DNA of 44,772 bases from a virus (lineage: Duplodnaviria > Caudoviricetes), in the IMG/VR virus record IMGVR_UViG_3300038393_001064, positions 1 to 44,772 of that record; one strand, 5' to 3'. The translations under genes were made by a program, and so were the position numbers. The notes beneath the pieces were generated by a model. The model saw nothing but the letters and a program-made list of their open reading frames with translations, was not told the origin of the DNA and did not search any database. Of this stretch, positions 1 through 9,593 are shown in pieces. Position 1 is the stretch's first letter; the number at the start of each line of letters is the position of its first letter.

Positions 1-127
1 GCGACGCGGAAGACGTCTACGCCTTCAGCGTCATCAAGGACGGCTCGACCTGGAAGGCGTGGTACACGGGCCACGACAGCGCGGGCAACTACCGCGTCAT
101 GCACGCCACCGCCTCGGCCTACAACGG
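1..127. repeat. 127-bp terminal overlap (copy 1); circular assembly
   Basis: Identical to 44646-44772; the reading frame continues across the join. Confidence 0.97.
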
Positions 128-638
128 CCCGTGGACGAAGTACTCGACAGCGCCGATCTACAACGGCAACAACTTCGCGGGCGTGTCGCAGGTGTGGAAG
201 TCGAACGGCGTCTACTACATGGCGCTGGACGACTGGTCGGGCCTTGCGACGGTCAAGCTGCTCGCCTCCCCAGACGGGATCAACTGGGTCGAACGCCGCA
301 CGCTGATCTCAGCGACAGGATCGGGCTGGGACGGCGGGCGCATCTACTGGACCGACCGTGTCCGCGATGGTGGTACTTGGCGCACGGTTTACACCGGTGC
401 GACCGCGACGACGTTCGTCTACGGCATGGGCTACGTCGGTCAGTCGGCGACCGGCGCCGATGTTGGCTCTGCGACCGATACGGCGTCGATAAACGGTTCG
501 GTATCTCAAACCGTGACCGACTCCGCCGCACTTGCTGAATCCGCGAGCGTTGCCGTCTCGGCCTTGCCGGACAACTACCCGGCGACGCTCGAAGTGACCG
601 ATTCCTCCGTCTACGTCCTCACCTTAGGGACCAGCTGA
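1..638 (+). CDS. 3' part of the origin-spanning receptor-binding protein (end of beta-propeller domain)
   Basis: ORF 99..638 is in frame with the ORF starting at 42854 once the overlap is removed; blade-like motifs (ASPDGINW, GPWTK). Confidence 0.85.
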   Translation, partial: DAEDVYAFSVIKDGSTWKAWYTGHDSAGNYRVMHATASAYNGPWTKYSTAPIYNGNNFAGVSQVWKSNGVYYMALDDWSGLATVKLLASPDGINWVERRTLISATGSGWDGGRIYWTDRVRDGGTWRTVYTGATATTFVYGMGYVGQSATGADVGSATDTASINGSVSQTVTDSAALAESASVAVSALPDNYPATLEVTDSSVYVLTLGTS

Positions 639-931
639 TGCAAACGCGATACGACAACGGAGATCTCGTTCGCTGCACCGCTGCGTTTACGGACACCGCA
701 GGCACAGCGATCGACCCCACGACCGTGAGCTTCAGAGTCAAGGACCCTGCGGGCACGATCACGACCTACGCCTACGGAACAGACTCGGAACTCGTGAAAG
801 ATTCGACCGGCAATTACCACGTCGATATCGACGCAAATACGGACGGGATCTGGGCCTACCGGTTCTCCTCAACTGGTGCTGGGCAAGCCGCCGCTGAGGC
901 CACCTTCCGCGTCAACTCGCTCTTCGCCTAA
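638..931 (+). CDS. Small beta-rich (Ig-like) virion-associated protein
   Basis: TGATG coupling to the previous gene; beta-strand pattern (VSFRVKDPAG, TGNYHVDI, GIWAYRF). Confidence 0.6.
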   Translation: MQTRYDNGDLVRCTAAFTDTAGTAIDPTTVSFRVKDPAGTITTYAYGTDSELVKDSTGNYHVDIDANTDGIWAYRFSSTGAGQAAAEATFRVNSLFA

Positions 932-939
932 GGAACCTC

Positions 940-1392
940 ATGGAACTTCTTCTCGCCCTTCCGGGGGTCATCACAACCTGCCTGCTCGCGTGGATCCTGC
1001 TAGAGGCGCAGGAGCGCCACGCCAACGAGCGGAGGGCCGAGCATGAGGCCCACCGCACCGAGATCGCCCACGCCGCACGCGCGCTGCTTGAGGAGGTCGG
1101 ACGCCACCGGATAGAGGTGGACCTGCTCTCGCAAGCGCACCGCGAGCAGCTGCAGAACCTGATCGACACCCACCGTCGTGAAGTGGCGACGCTCTGCCAG
1201 CGCATCCAGGCGCCGCAAGTAGCGGTTGCTCAGCACATGCCGCAGGACCTTCCCCCCGACCCGCCGCAGATCGACCTCGAGGACGACGCGGCGATGATCG
1301 AGTTCCGCCGTCGCGAGCAGAGCCTCGACGCGCTGGCGCGCGACTTGGAAGATCGCGCGGAGCGACTTGCGGCTGAGGCGCCGGCGTTTTGA
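940..1392 (+). CDS. Hypothetical protein with N-terminal TM helix and coiled coil
   Basis: AAGGA RBS; hydrophobic N-terminus; overlaps the portal start. Confidence 0.7.
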   Translation: MELLLALPGVITTCLLAWILLEAQERHANERRAEHEAHRTEIAHAARALLEEVGRHRIEVDLLSQAHREQLQNLIDTHRREVATLCQRIQAPQVAVAQHMPQDLPPDPPQIDLEDDAAMIEFRRREQSLDALARDLEDRAERLAAEAPAF

Positions 1393-3470
1393 GCGCTGCT
1401 GTCGAGGAACGTCCGTCGCCGCAGCCACCGGAGCGGCTGACGCGGATCGAACCCGAGCTCCAGCGGCGGATGGATCGCGGGCGCAGCCGTATGCGCCAGC
1501 GCGCCCCGCAGCGGCGGCTGAACTACAAGTTCTGGCAGGGCGACACCTACTGGTACGTCAACGGCAAGGGCCTGCTCGTCAACCAGGGGACCGTGTCGTG
1601 GCTGCTCGGCGGCGACAAGCCCAACCACCGCATCCGCAACAAGTACCCCTTCATCGCCATGATCGTGGCCGCGAAGGTGTCCGCCGCGACCCAGCGCGTC
1701 CCCGGCTACGAGATCTCGCCTTCAACTTCGGAGCCGGACGACTACGCAGCCGCGCAGCTTGCTCAGAAGGTGGCGCTGTGGGGCTACGACAAGTGGCACC
1801 TGCGCAGGATCACGACCCAGGCCTTCACCCACGCTCTCGTTGGCGGCGAAGGCTTCGTCTATCCGTACTGGGACGCAAACGTCGGGCCGTACATAGACGA
1901 GATCAACCCGCAGACCGGCGAGATGGAGACGCTCGCGCAGGGTGAGATCGCCCACAAGGTTCTCTCGCCCAACGAGGTCTACTGGGAGCCGGGCGTCGAT
2001 TTTGACAACGCCCGCTGGTACTGCATCGAGCAGGCGCGCACGCTGGACGAGGTCAAGGCGATGCCGGGCTTCCTTGGCGGAGAACTCGCCGCCGACGCGA
2101 CCGACTCCGACGCGCCGAGCGACGCCGACACCACCAACCTCGTTCTCGTTACCGAGTACTTCGAGCGGCCCTCGCCTGAATACAAGAACGGGCGCTGGAT
2201 CGTCATGGCGAATCGCCGTCGCGTCGTGCGTGACCGCGACTACCCGTGCCTCGACCACGAGGGCAAGGTCCTCGATGAGCCGCTGCTCGTGCGAATTTCC
2301 TGGACGGTTGAAGTTGACGACCGCGACCGCTCGCTGGTCGAGATGCTGATCGACCTCCAGCGCACGATCAACGATTGCTGGAACAAACTGCTCGAGTGGA
2401 AGAACCGTTGCCTCAACCCGCAGATGCTCGCGCCGCGCGGCTCGAGTGTTTCGCGCGGCACCGACGAGCCGGGAATCATCCGCTACTACAACCCCACCGG
2501 CGCGCAGCCACCGAAGTGGGAGACGCCGCCGGCAGTCCCGCGCGAGCTGTTCACGATCCTCGACAAGGCGATCGAGCACTTGCGGGCGATCTCGGCGGAC
2601 GTTGATGTCCAGCCCGACCCGCGCCTGACTGCGCAAACAGCTCAGTCGGCGATCGAGCAGGCGCAGCTTCGCTGGCAGTCGTTCCTCGGCGACGCCGCCG
2701 AGTTCCACTCGCGCTTGATGCGTCGCAACCTCTATCTCGTCCAGCGTCATTACACCGAGCAGCGCGATCTGAAACTGTCGGGCACCTGGGATACGCCGGA
2801 CATCATCAACGGCTTCCTCGGAGCCAATCTGCTCGGGCAGGCGGATGTCCGCGTCAGCCCGGCTTCGCTTGCCAACCAGTCGGCGCAGAAGGTCGCCTCC
2901 GACGCGATGACGTTCGCGCAGAACCAGTGGATCAGCCCGCAGACAGCGATGATGGCGATCACTACTGGGCGCTCGGAGGTCATCACGCAGTCGTGGCAGA
3001 AGGACGCCGAGCGCGCGGCCTACATCGTTCAGACGATCAAGCGGGGGCCGGACGCGCTCTTCCAGATCCCAGACCGGCCCGTCTTCCCAGGCGAGCAGCC
3101 GCCCACGAATCCGCTGACAGGCGAACCGCTGCTGGTCGGCCCGGACGGGCAGGCGAAGGTGCCCGGCTACATGCCACGGCCGTTCGACAAAGAAGAAGTC
3201 CAGATGGAGTTCTTCGAGAACTGGATGAAGACGACCGACTGGGATCGGCTCGACCCCGCGATGCAACACGCCGCGCTCATCTACTACCAGGCGCTTCTCG
3301 ACCAGAAACAGCGGAAGGCGATGCAAGCGGCGATGCAGCAGCAGCAGATGGCGGAGGGGCTTGGGCTGGCGAACGCCGCCAAGACCCCCGGAGCGCCGAT
3401 GCTGCCCTCGACGCGCGCACCCGAGAACCAGGGGCCGCAGGGTGCGAGTGGTGGACCGGATGCCGGTTGA
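1389..3470 (+). CDS. Portal protein
   Basis: 693 aa; lies before scaffold and capsid; DLQRTIN..WNKLLEW helix and Q/P-rich tail typical of P22-like portals. Confidence 0.85.
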   Translation: MSAAVEERPSPQPPERLTRIEPELQRRMDRGRSRMRQRAPQRRLNYKFWQGDTYWYVNGKGLLVNQGTVSWLLGGDKPNHRIRNKYPFIAMIVAAKVSAATQRVPGYEISPSTSEPDDYAAAQLAQKVALWGYDKWHLRRITTQAFTHALVGGEGFVYPYWDANVGPYIDEINPQTGEMETLAQGEIAHKVLSPNEVYWEPGVDFDNARWYCIEQARTLDEVKAMPGFLGGELAADATDSDAPSDADTTNLVLVTEYFERPSPEYKNGRWIVMANRRRVVRDRDYPCLDHEGKVLDEPLLVRISWTVEVDDRDRSLVEMLIDLQRTINDCWNKLLEWKNRCLNPQMLAPRGSSVSRGTDEPGIIRYYNPTGAQPPKWETPPAVPRELFTILDKAIEHLRAISADVDVQPDPRLTAQTAQSAIEQAQLRWQSFLGDAAEFHSRLMRRNLYLVQRHYTEQRDLKLSGTWDTPDIINGFLGANLLGQADVRVSPASLANQSAQKVASDAMTFAQNQWISPQTAMMAITTGRSEVITQSWQKDAERAAYIVQTIKRGPDALFQIPDRPVFPGEQPPTNPLTGEPLLVGPDGQAKVPGYMPRPFDKEEVQMEFFENWMKTTDWDRLDPAMQHAALIYYQALLDQKQRKAMQAAMQQQQMAEGLGLANAAKTPGAPMLPSTRAPENQGPQGASGGPDAG

Positions 3471-3612
3471 CAAGTACTTCGGCGGCCACGGAGCCGAAGT
3501 GATGGCGCGCATGATCCGCGAGTACGGCGAGCAGAAGGGCAAGCAGGTCTTCTACACCACCGTGAACGCGCGCAAGGTCAAGCGCAAGCGCCGCCGCATC
3601 AAGCGCCCCTAA
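3460..3612 (+). CDS. Small basic protein (50 aa, MPVDKYF...KRKRRRIKRP)
   Basis: ATG at 3460 with GGTGGA RBS; fills the portal-scaffold gap. Confidence 0.65.
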   Translation: MPVDKYFGGHGAEVMARMIREYGEQKGKQVFYTTVNARKVKRKRRRIKRP

Positions 3613-3688
3613 GAACTTCCGCCGCGTCTGCGGCAACTCACCGCCGGCACCCCTCCTAAGAGGGCCTGGCCTACATGAAGGAGCAGTA

Positions 3689-4351
3689 GTGGAAGACGAG
3701 ACGCCGACGGCCTCCGCCGAACAGGATGGGGCACCCGTCGAGATCGACGCAGCGGCCTCCACGGACAGTGGGGCACCCGCAACACCGCCCGACGGATTCA
3801 TCGAGCAGGAGCGGTACGAGAACGCACGGCGCGAGCTCGACCGCAAGAACTCGCTGATCGACCGGGCACTCCGAGGTGATGCTGAGGCAGCCAGGGAACT
3901 GGGCTTCGAGTACGCCGAGGACGACGCAGTCCCCGACCAGGAAGACGAAGAGCAGGACGGGTTCCGCGATCCGCGTCTGGACGCTCTCCTTCAGGAGCGC
4001 GAGCAGGAGCGGATGCAGCGGGAGCAAGAGGAAGGCTGGAAGCGGTTCAACGCTGATCTGGACGGTGTCGCGAAAGGGAAGAACCTCACCGATCGTGACC
4101 GGCTCCTGATCTACACGGAGACGTTGCAGGCCGGCGGCACCCCTGAGGCGCTGCAGAAAGCGTTCGGCGATTTCACCGCCGAGCGCGAGGCCTACGACAA
4201 GTCCGTGATCGAGCGCTACCTCGAGTCCAAGCGAGCTCCACACGTCTCCCCTGGCGGCACGGGTGCAACCGAAGAGGTGCTTCCCCTGGACGCCACGCAC
4301 GACCAGCGCGTCGCATACATGGCCCAGCGCATGGGCCTCGCGGCCGACTAG
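3689..4351 (+). CDS. Capsid scaffolding protein
   Basis: Acidic, helical; directly upstream of the capsid gene; AAGGAG RBS. Confidence 0.75.
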   Translation: MEDETPTASAEQDGAPVEIDAAASTDSGAPATPPDGFIEQERYENARRELDRKNSLIDRALRGDAEAARELGFEYAEDDAVPDQEDEEQDGFRDPRLDALLQEREQERMQREQEEGWKRFNADLDGVAKGKNLTDRDRLLIYTETLQAGGTPEALQKAFGDFTAEREAYDKSVIERYLESKRAPHVSPGGTGATEEVLPLDATHDQRVAYMAQRMGLAAD

Positions 4352-4404
4352 TAAGGCAGGGCGTCTCCGGGGTCGGCATCTCGCTGACCAAATAGGAGAC
4401 AACG

Positions 4405-5658
4405 ATGGCTGAAACGCCAACGACGCTTTCGGGCGTCTTCAAGGAGGCGTGGACCTCCGACCGCATGGCGAAGCAGTTCGAGGACAACGCAGGTCCGTTG
4501 GCCCGAGTTGAGTCGCGGCGCGGTGTGATGATCGGCAAGCAGGCCCAGACGCCGATCCTCAAGTACAACGCCGGTGGCTACACGTCATTCGGCGCCGCTG
4601 GTGGTTCGTTCAACACCTACAACAACCTCGGCGTCGATCAGGCCGTGTGGACGCTCGTCAACCACGGCATGCCGATCTCGATCGAGTTCTCGGCGCTCAA
4701 CCAGTCCGGTTCCAACGTCCAGTCGGTGATCGCCGCCAAGGACCTGACGATGGAACAGGCCCTGTCGGAGATCCGCAAGCAGGCGGTCCGCCAGCTCGTC
4801 ACCAACGGTGACGGCATCGTCGCGCAGTGCGCGTCGGGCGGTGCCTCCACGACCGTCTCGCTGACGGCCTCGCCCTCGGGCACGGCCTACGGCTACGACG
4901 CGCTCGTGCGCGGCTGGCTGCACGTCAACGCGATCGTGGACATCGGCACCACCGCTGACACGGACGCGCTGGCGACGGCGACCACGATCACGGCGATCAG
5001 CCCGTCGGCGTCAGCGCCGACGATCACGGTCGGGACTTCGGTCACGACCACGGCGGGGACGCACAACGTCTACATCGCGAACCCGAACTCGACCACGGCG
5101 GCGAACCCGGAGACGAATGGTCTCCGTAACATCGCCAACTCAACCGGCGCACTCGGTGGCCTTAACCCGTCCACGGCGGGTCAGGAATCGTGGGCGGCCG
5201 GCTCGCGCGACACCTCGACGTCCACGTTCTCGTTGGACCTCGCGCTGTCGCTCGACCGTGCGGTCAAGCAGGTGACCGGCAAGCCGTTCTCGAACGTCTG
5301 GACCTCGTACAAGCAGCAGGCGAACTTCTACTCGCTGCTTCAGAACCAGGTCCGCTTCAACGGCGAGATGAACCTCGGTGCGGGCGACTACGCCGGGGTG
5401 ACCTGGAACGGCATCAAGGTCGAGGCGTTCCCGGACATCCTCGACTCGGACTGGTTCGCCTTCAATCTGGAGGACCTGTTCCGCGTGACCGGCAAGTACA
5501 CCAAGCCCGTCTGGGCGTCGGAAGTCTTCGACGGCGGCGCGCAGGGGCTGCAGTGGGTGCAGAACGCGACCAACTTCGTGGACGCGATCTTCTACCCGTA
5601 CCAGATCGGCGTGCAGCGACGCAACTCGTTCGCCGCTGCCACCGCGCTGACGGCGTAA
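4405..5658 (+). CDS. Major capsid protein
   Basis: 417 aa; position; strongly G/C-ending codons; GGAGA RBS; terminator downstream. Confidence 0.85.
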   Translation: MAETPTTLSGVFKEAWTSDRMAKQFEDNAGPLARVESRRGVMIGKQAQTPILKYNAGGYTSFGAAGGSFNTYNNLGVDQAVWTLVNHGMPISIEFSALNQSGSNVQSVIAAKDLTMEQALSEIRKQAVRQLVTNGDGIVAQCASGGASTTVSLTASPSGTAYGYDALVRGWLHVNAIVDIGTTADTDALATATTITAISPSASAPTITVGTSVTTTAGTHNVYIANPNSTTAANPETNGLRNIANSTGALGGLNPSTAGQESWAAGSRDTSTSTFSLDLALSLDRAVKQVTGKPFSNVWTSYKQQANFYSLLQNQVRFNGEMNLGAGDYAGVTWNGIKVEAFPDILDSDWFAFNLEDLFRVTGKYTKPVWASEVFDGGAQGLQWVQNATNFVDAIFYPYQIGVQRRNSFAAATALTA

Positions 5659-5673
5659 CCGACAAGGAACACG

Positions 5674-5710
5674 GACCCTCGGGGCCTTCCGGCCTCGGGG
5701 GTCTTCCTCT
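5674..5710 (+). terminator. Intrinsic terminator after the capsid gene
   Basis: GACCCTCGGGGCC-TTCC-GGCCTCGGGGGTC stem followed by TTCCTCT. Confidence 0.75.
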
Positions 5711-5786
5711 CTGGCGTAAGGCCAGCGCCTAACCGTCGCTGAACGCGGCGCACGGCGACGCATCGAAAGAAAAGGAGTAGCACCGC

Positions 5787-6101
5787 ATGGCTCTCACGAT
5801 CACGAAAGTTGACGTGTCGGTGATTGGCAACAAGAAGATGGCGATCTACGACATCACCTGCGACACGTCGTACCCCACGGGCGGCTACGCGATCACGGCT
5901 GCCAACTTCGGGCTGAAGCGACTCGTCCACGTGGACCCGGACTCGATTACGTCAGCTGGCTTCGGCGCCGCCTGGGACAAGACGAACTCCAAGCTGATGC
6001 TGTTCACGTCGAACGGTGCAGCACCAGCGGCCCTGGCTCAGGTGCCGAATGCGACCAACGTTTCGACCCACGTCCTCAACTGCAAGGTGATCGGGTACTG
6101 A
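5787..6101 (+). CDS. Probable capsid decoration/cement protein
   Basis: AAAGGAG RBS; follows the capsid gene; DTSYPTGG motif and C-terminal VIGY. Confidence 0.55.
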   Translation: MALTITKVDVSVIGNKKMAIYDITCDTSYPTGGYAITAANFGLKRLVHVDPDSITSAGFGAAWDKTNSKLMLFTSNGAAPAALAQVPNATNVSTHVLNCKVIGY

Positions 6102-6102
6102 C

Positions 6103-6318
6103 ATGGCCACGCTTCCAATCACATTCACGGCGGGCTCTGAAACAGGAGCCACGATTCGCCGGATCGCGTACGCGCTCGAGCAGATTGCCCAAGACCTGCC
6201 CGACCGGATGCCGACCGGAGCCAGCACGGTGCTGACCATCGACAACGCGCCCTCGTCGGGCACCGCGTCGGTTCAGATCACCGCAGGCCCGATCACGACT
6301 CCGCTGTATCGAGTCTGA
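6103..6318 (+). CDS. Small virion-region protein, paralog A
   Basis: Shares PTGA..VLTIDNAP..QxTAG with the next gene. Confidence 0.75.
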   Translation: MATLPITFTAGSETGATIRRIAYALEQIAQDLPDRMPTGASTVLTIDNAPSSGTASVQITAGPITTPLYRV

Positions 6319-6530
6319 TGGCCACGTTCACGATCAACCTGCCGACCGATGCCGGTGCATTCCTGCGCCGGCTCGGGCGTCAGTTGGTCGATCTGTCGTA
6401 CAGCATGCCGGATCAGACACCAACCGGAGCGACGAACGTGCTCACGATCGACAACGCGCCTGGCGGCGGCAACAACGTTTCGATCCAGGTCACGGCTGGT
6501 GCTTACCCGACCGGGAAGAAGCACGCCTGA
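6318..6530 (+). CDS. Small virion-region protein, paralog B
   Basis: TGATG-coupled; clearly similar to 6103..6318. Confidence 0.75.
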   Translation: MATFTINLPTDAGAFLRRLGRQLVDLSYSMPDQTPTGATNVLTIDNAPGGGNNVSIQVTAGAYPTGKKHA

Positions 6531-7057
6531 TGCCGGAGATATTCATACCGCCTCGTGTCGCAGCCGAGCTCCGTGCGGAGTCGAAGCGGCACGAGGCTGA
6601 AGTTCTCGGCTCGCTCGAGATCCAGTCGAAGATCGAGAAGTGGGACCGGATGCTCGCCGAGATCGACCCGCGCTTGACGCTGCTCAAGGCCAAGGAATGG
6701 GTCAAGACGGGCACACCACTGATCCCGAACTACTGGCACATCGTGCGCGACAACTCCGACAAGGGGGCGCCGCCGACCGTCATGCCGATCACGGGACCGC
6801 ACGGCGAGTACGCCGAGCCGAGCTCGGCGATCTTCGACAAGTTGCGTGAGAACGACATGCAGCGTCGCGGCTTCGCGCGTGAGATGCGCGAGCGCGAGGA
6901 GAAGATCCGCCAAGCGCAGGAGCGCGAACGCGAGCGGGAACGCGAGGAGCGCCAGCAGGAGATGCTCGAGCGCTATATCGCAGGGACCCGAGTCGGGGTG
7001 AGCATGAACCGCTCGACGCCTTGGACCCAGAACGCGAAGGGCCGGAGAAGTAAGTGA
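6530..7057 (+). CDS. Hypothetical protein with an E/R-rich helix
   Basis: Coupled ORF within the structural operon. Confidence 0.7.
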   Translation: MPEIFIPPRVAAELRAESKRHEAEVLGSLEIQSKIEKWDRMLAEIDPRLTLLKAKEWVKTGTPLIPNYWHIVRDNSDKGAPPTVMPITGPHGEYAEPSSAIFDKLRENDMQRRGFAREMREREEKIRQAQEREREREREERQQEMLERYIAGTRVGVSMNRSTPWTQNAKGRRSK

Positions 7058-7665
7058 CCTTTGACGACCTGACGATTGAACTGCTCGACCGAGCCTTCGA
7101 CGGGTTGACGATTCCGCGCGCCGAACGCTATGTCAACGCGGCCCGCGCCGAACTCGACAGGATGTTCCTCTGGCCGTGGCGCGAGAAGACGACGACCGGC
7201 ACTTCACCGCTCCCCGTCTCCGACCTCGGCCGCATTGCCGCTGTGACGAACTCGAGCCAGAGGTACGACCTCTCGGCCGCCGACTTTCATTCCCTCTCAG
7301 ACGCCTACGGCGACCTTTCGATAGCGGGTAGCCCCGGCCTCTACTACGTCTCCTGGGCATCGGGCACACCGACCGTCACGACCTTTCCATCGAACGGCGA
7401 CACCCTCAGCGTGCGCTACTGGAAGGTGACACCCGACCTCGTCAACGGCACGGACGTCCCGGACTCACCTTCTGAGGCGCACTACACCATCGTTGACCTC
7501 GCCGTCCGCCGGGCCTACCGCGACAACGACGAGCACGACAACGCAGCTGCCCTCCAGCCAGAGATCGACAACGCGATCGCGCAGCTGCTCGAGGCCTACC
7601 CACCGGGCACGCCTGACGGCCCGGAGGCTTACGTCGGCGTCACAGGGGCATCGTGCGACTGGTGA
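7054..7665 (+). CDS. Head-tail adaptor (tail tubular protein A-like)
   Basis: YVNAARAEL..WPW and P..AHYTIVDLAV..AY motifs; position. Confidence 0.7.
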   Translation: MTFDDLTIELLDRAFDGLTIPRAERYVNAARAELDRMFLWPWREKTTTGTSPLPVSDLGRIAAVTNSSQRYDLSAADFHSLSDAYGDLSIAGSPGLYYVSWASGTPTVTTFPSNGDTLSVRYWKVTPDLVNGTDVPDSPSEAHYTIVDLAVRRAYRDNDEHDNAAALQPEIDNAIAQLLEAYPPGTPDGPEAYVGVTGASCDW

Positions 7666-8068
7666 CGATAGTCCCCAGCCAGCGGCAGACCTTGCGGTGT
7701 TCGTACAGCGTGGGGTAGTACTCGTAGCCCCATGTGTGGCCCACTCGCCAGCGCGGGTTCCGCGCGCAGTGCGCCACCGCCTCGGCGAACTTTTCATGCG
7801 GCGAATTGGAGGAGGGGTCGAGCCACCAACGCCGCTCATGGATCAACGCGAGAAATGTGCCGCGATCCTGGTCGGTCAGGAAGTTGTAGTCGATGATGTG
7901 GCCGAGCTCGTGCATGTAGGTCTGATGGGGCAACGGGCCGGCGACGTACACGACGTTCGGCGCCACAGCGCATGCACTACCGAATTCGGCGTCCATCGTG
8001 GTGTCGCCCGGACACGGCGCGTGGATGAACACCGCGACCGCCAGCGCCTTCGCGATTAATGCCCCCAC
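7640..8068 (-). CDS. Putative exported zinc metallopeptidase (zincin), moron-like
   Basis: HELGH plus downstream HEKFAE; hydrophobic N-terminus; -10-like TAAGGT 6 nt before the GTG. Confidence 0.7.
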   Translation of the reverse strand: MGALIAKALAVAVFIHAPCPGDTTMDAEFGSACAVAPNVVYVAGPLPHQTYMHELGHIIDYNFLTDQDRGTFLALIHERRWWLDPSSNSPHEKFAEAVAHCARNPRWRVGHTWGYEYYPTLYEHRKVCRWLGTIVTSRTMPL

Positions 8069-8096
8069 GTTTCAACCTTAACCCGGCAGGAGTCGG

Positions 8097-9593
8097 ATGC
8101 TTTCACCTGTTCCCGTCGAGACATTCGGCGGACTCAACCTCACAGAGGATCCCGCCACCGCTGGTTGGAACCAGGCAATCGACGCCCTCAATGTCGATCT
8201 CGACAAGCGTGGACGCCTGCGTTCACGAAACGGATACGTACATCTGACCTCATTGGCGGCGGCGTCGGCCTACTTCCACCTGTTCGCGCCGGGGCCAGTA
8301 GCGAGCAAGCTGCTCGCCAGCCGGGGCGACCAGATCGACGCAATCGCTATGACGGGAGCAGTCTCCGCCACCCTCGCTTCGACAGCGAGCGGAATAAGTA
8401 GTTGGACGTTCGCGAACTTCGGCACCCCCTCCAACTCGTACACGTACTGTCAGAACTGGGGGGCGACGACCCGTCGCTGGGATGGCAGCGCCTTCGCATC
8501 TCCCACGGCGACTATCAACGGTGTTGCCGGGGGTGCGATGCCCAAGGTTGAGATCATCTGTGCTTGGCCGACGCAGTCGCGTCTCGTGGCTGCTGGCGGG
8601 AGTGGGACACAGGGTCCGGGCGGCTCGACCACTTCGGCGCATCATGTCTGGTTCTCGGAGGCTGGCAACGCGGAGTCGTGGCTGACGACGAACTTCGTCC
8701 AGTTGATGCCGGGAGACAACGAGGCGATCAACAACGTCGTTAGTTGGAACAACAACATCTACGTGATTAAGAAGACGCGAATGTTCGAGTTCTACGGCGT
8801 CTCAGCGGACAGCTCGGGAAACCCAATCTTCAACTATCGGACGATTGATCTGCCATCACGCGGACTGGGGCCGTTCAACTACGAAACCGTGACCGTCAGC
8901 CCTGGCGGAATCTTCATCGCGACCGAGCGCGGGATCTATCGCTACAACGGCACCTTCCAACTTGTCTCAGCGGCGATCGACCCGATTTGGCTCAACACGG
9001 CAGACAGCTTCTACCAAGGGATCGTCCGGGATGTTCCGGGCGTTGTGGCGAACCTCTTCTGGACTGACGAACGGCTCTACGTGGTTCTCGTCAACAATGC
9101 GGGGACGTACCGGACGCTCGTCTGGGATTCGCGGATCGACGCTTGGCTCTACTGGGACGCCCCGGCGCGCGTGTTCGCCCAATGCCAAGAGGCATCGAAC
9201 ACCGAGAAGCGGATCACGTTTGCGTCCGCGACCGCCAACCACGTTGACTGGTTCAACTCTTCGCTCAGTACCGACAATGGGTCGTCTATCACGTCCCGCT
9301 ACCGCTCCGGTTTCTCCGACCTCGGCACGACGGACATGAAGCGCATCCACTCATGGCGTCTGCAGGGCAGCGGCACGCCGACGCTCAAGGTGTCAGCGGA
9401 CTTTGGTTCGCTCGAGACAGGCGCCACGGTGACACTCGGCACCGCTCCGGCCATCGCTGAAGGCGTGCGCCGCTACGCACCACGAGGACGGCAATTCTCC
9501 TGGCAGGTGGGCGGTACAGGCGCGTGGAGCCTCAACAACCTCTACGCCAATGTCGCCGGTAAGCGCCAGAGCGGGGAGCACGTAGCCCCATGA
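8097..9593 (+). CDS. Tail nozzle / tail tubular protein B-like
   Basis: FGGLNL and NVDLDKRGRLRSRNG at the N-terminus, VWFSE..N.ESW; beta-propeller-like; AGGAG RBS. Confidence 0.75.
   Translation: MLSPVPVETFGGLNLTEDPATAGWNQAIDALNVDLDKRGRLRSRNGYVHLTSLAAASAYFHLFAPGPVASKLLASRGDQIDAIAMTGAVSATLASTASGISSWTFANFGTPSNSYTYCQNWGATTRRWDGSAFASPTATINGVAGGAMPKVEIICAWPTQSRLVAAGGSGTQGPGGSTTSAHHVWFSEAGNAESWLTTNFVQLMPGDNEAINNVVSWNNNIYVIKKTRMFEFYGVSADSSGNPIFNYRTIDLPSRGLGPFNYETVTVSPGGIFIATERGIYRYNGTFQLVSAAIDPIWLNTADSFYQGIVRDVPGVVANLFWTDERLYVVLVNNAGTYRTLVWDSRIDAWLYWDAPARVFAQCQEASNTEKRITFASATANHVDWFNSSLSTDNGSSITSRYRSGFSDLGTTDMKRIHSWRLQGSGTPTLKVSADFGSLETGATVTLGTAPAIAEGVRRYAPRGRQFSWQVGGTGAWSLNNLYANVAGKRQSGEHVAP

Noticed and set aside
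1722-3542. Long minus-strand ORFs (606 aa here; also 13215-14381, 42830-43774 and others)
   Set aside because: Antisense shadows of GC-rich genes, with no motifs or expression signals.
7640-8096. Zincin gene as an invertible segment for the second recombinase
   Set aside because: No flanking inverted repeats found, and its 3' end overlaps the adaptor gene.
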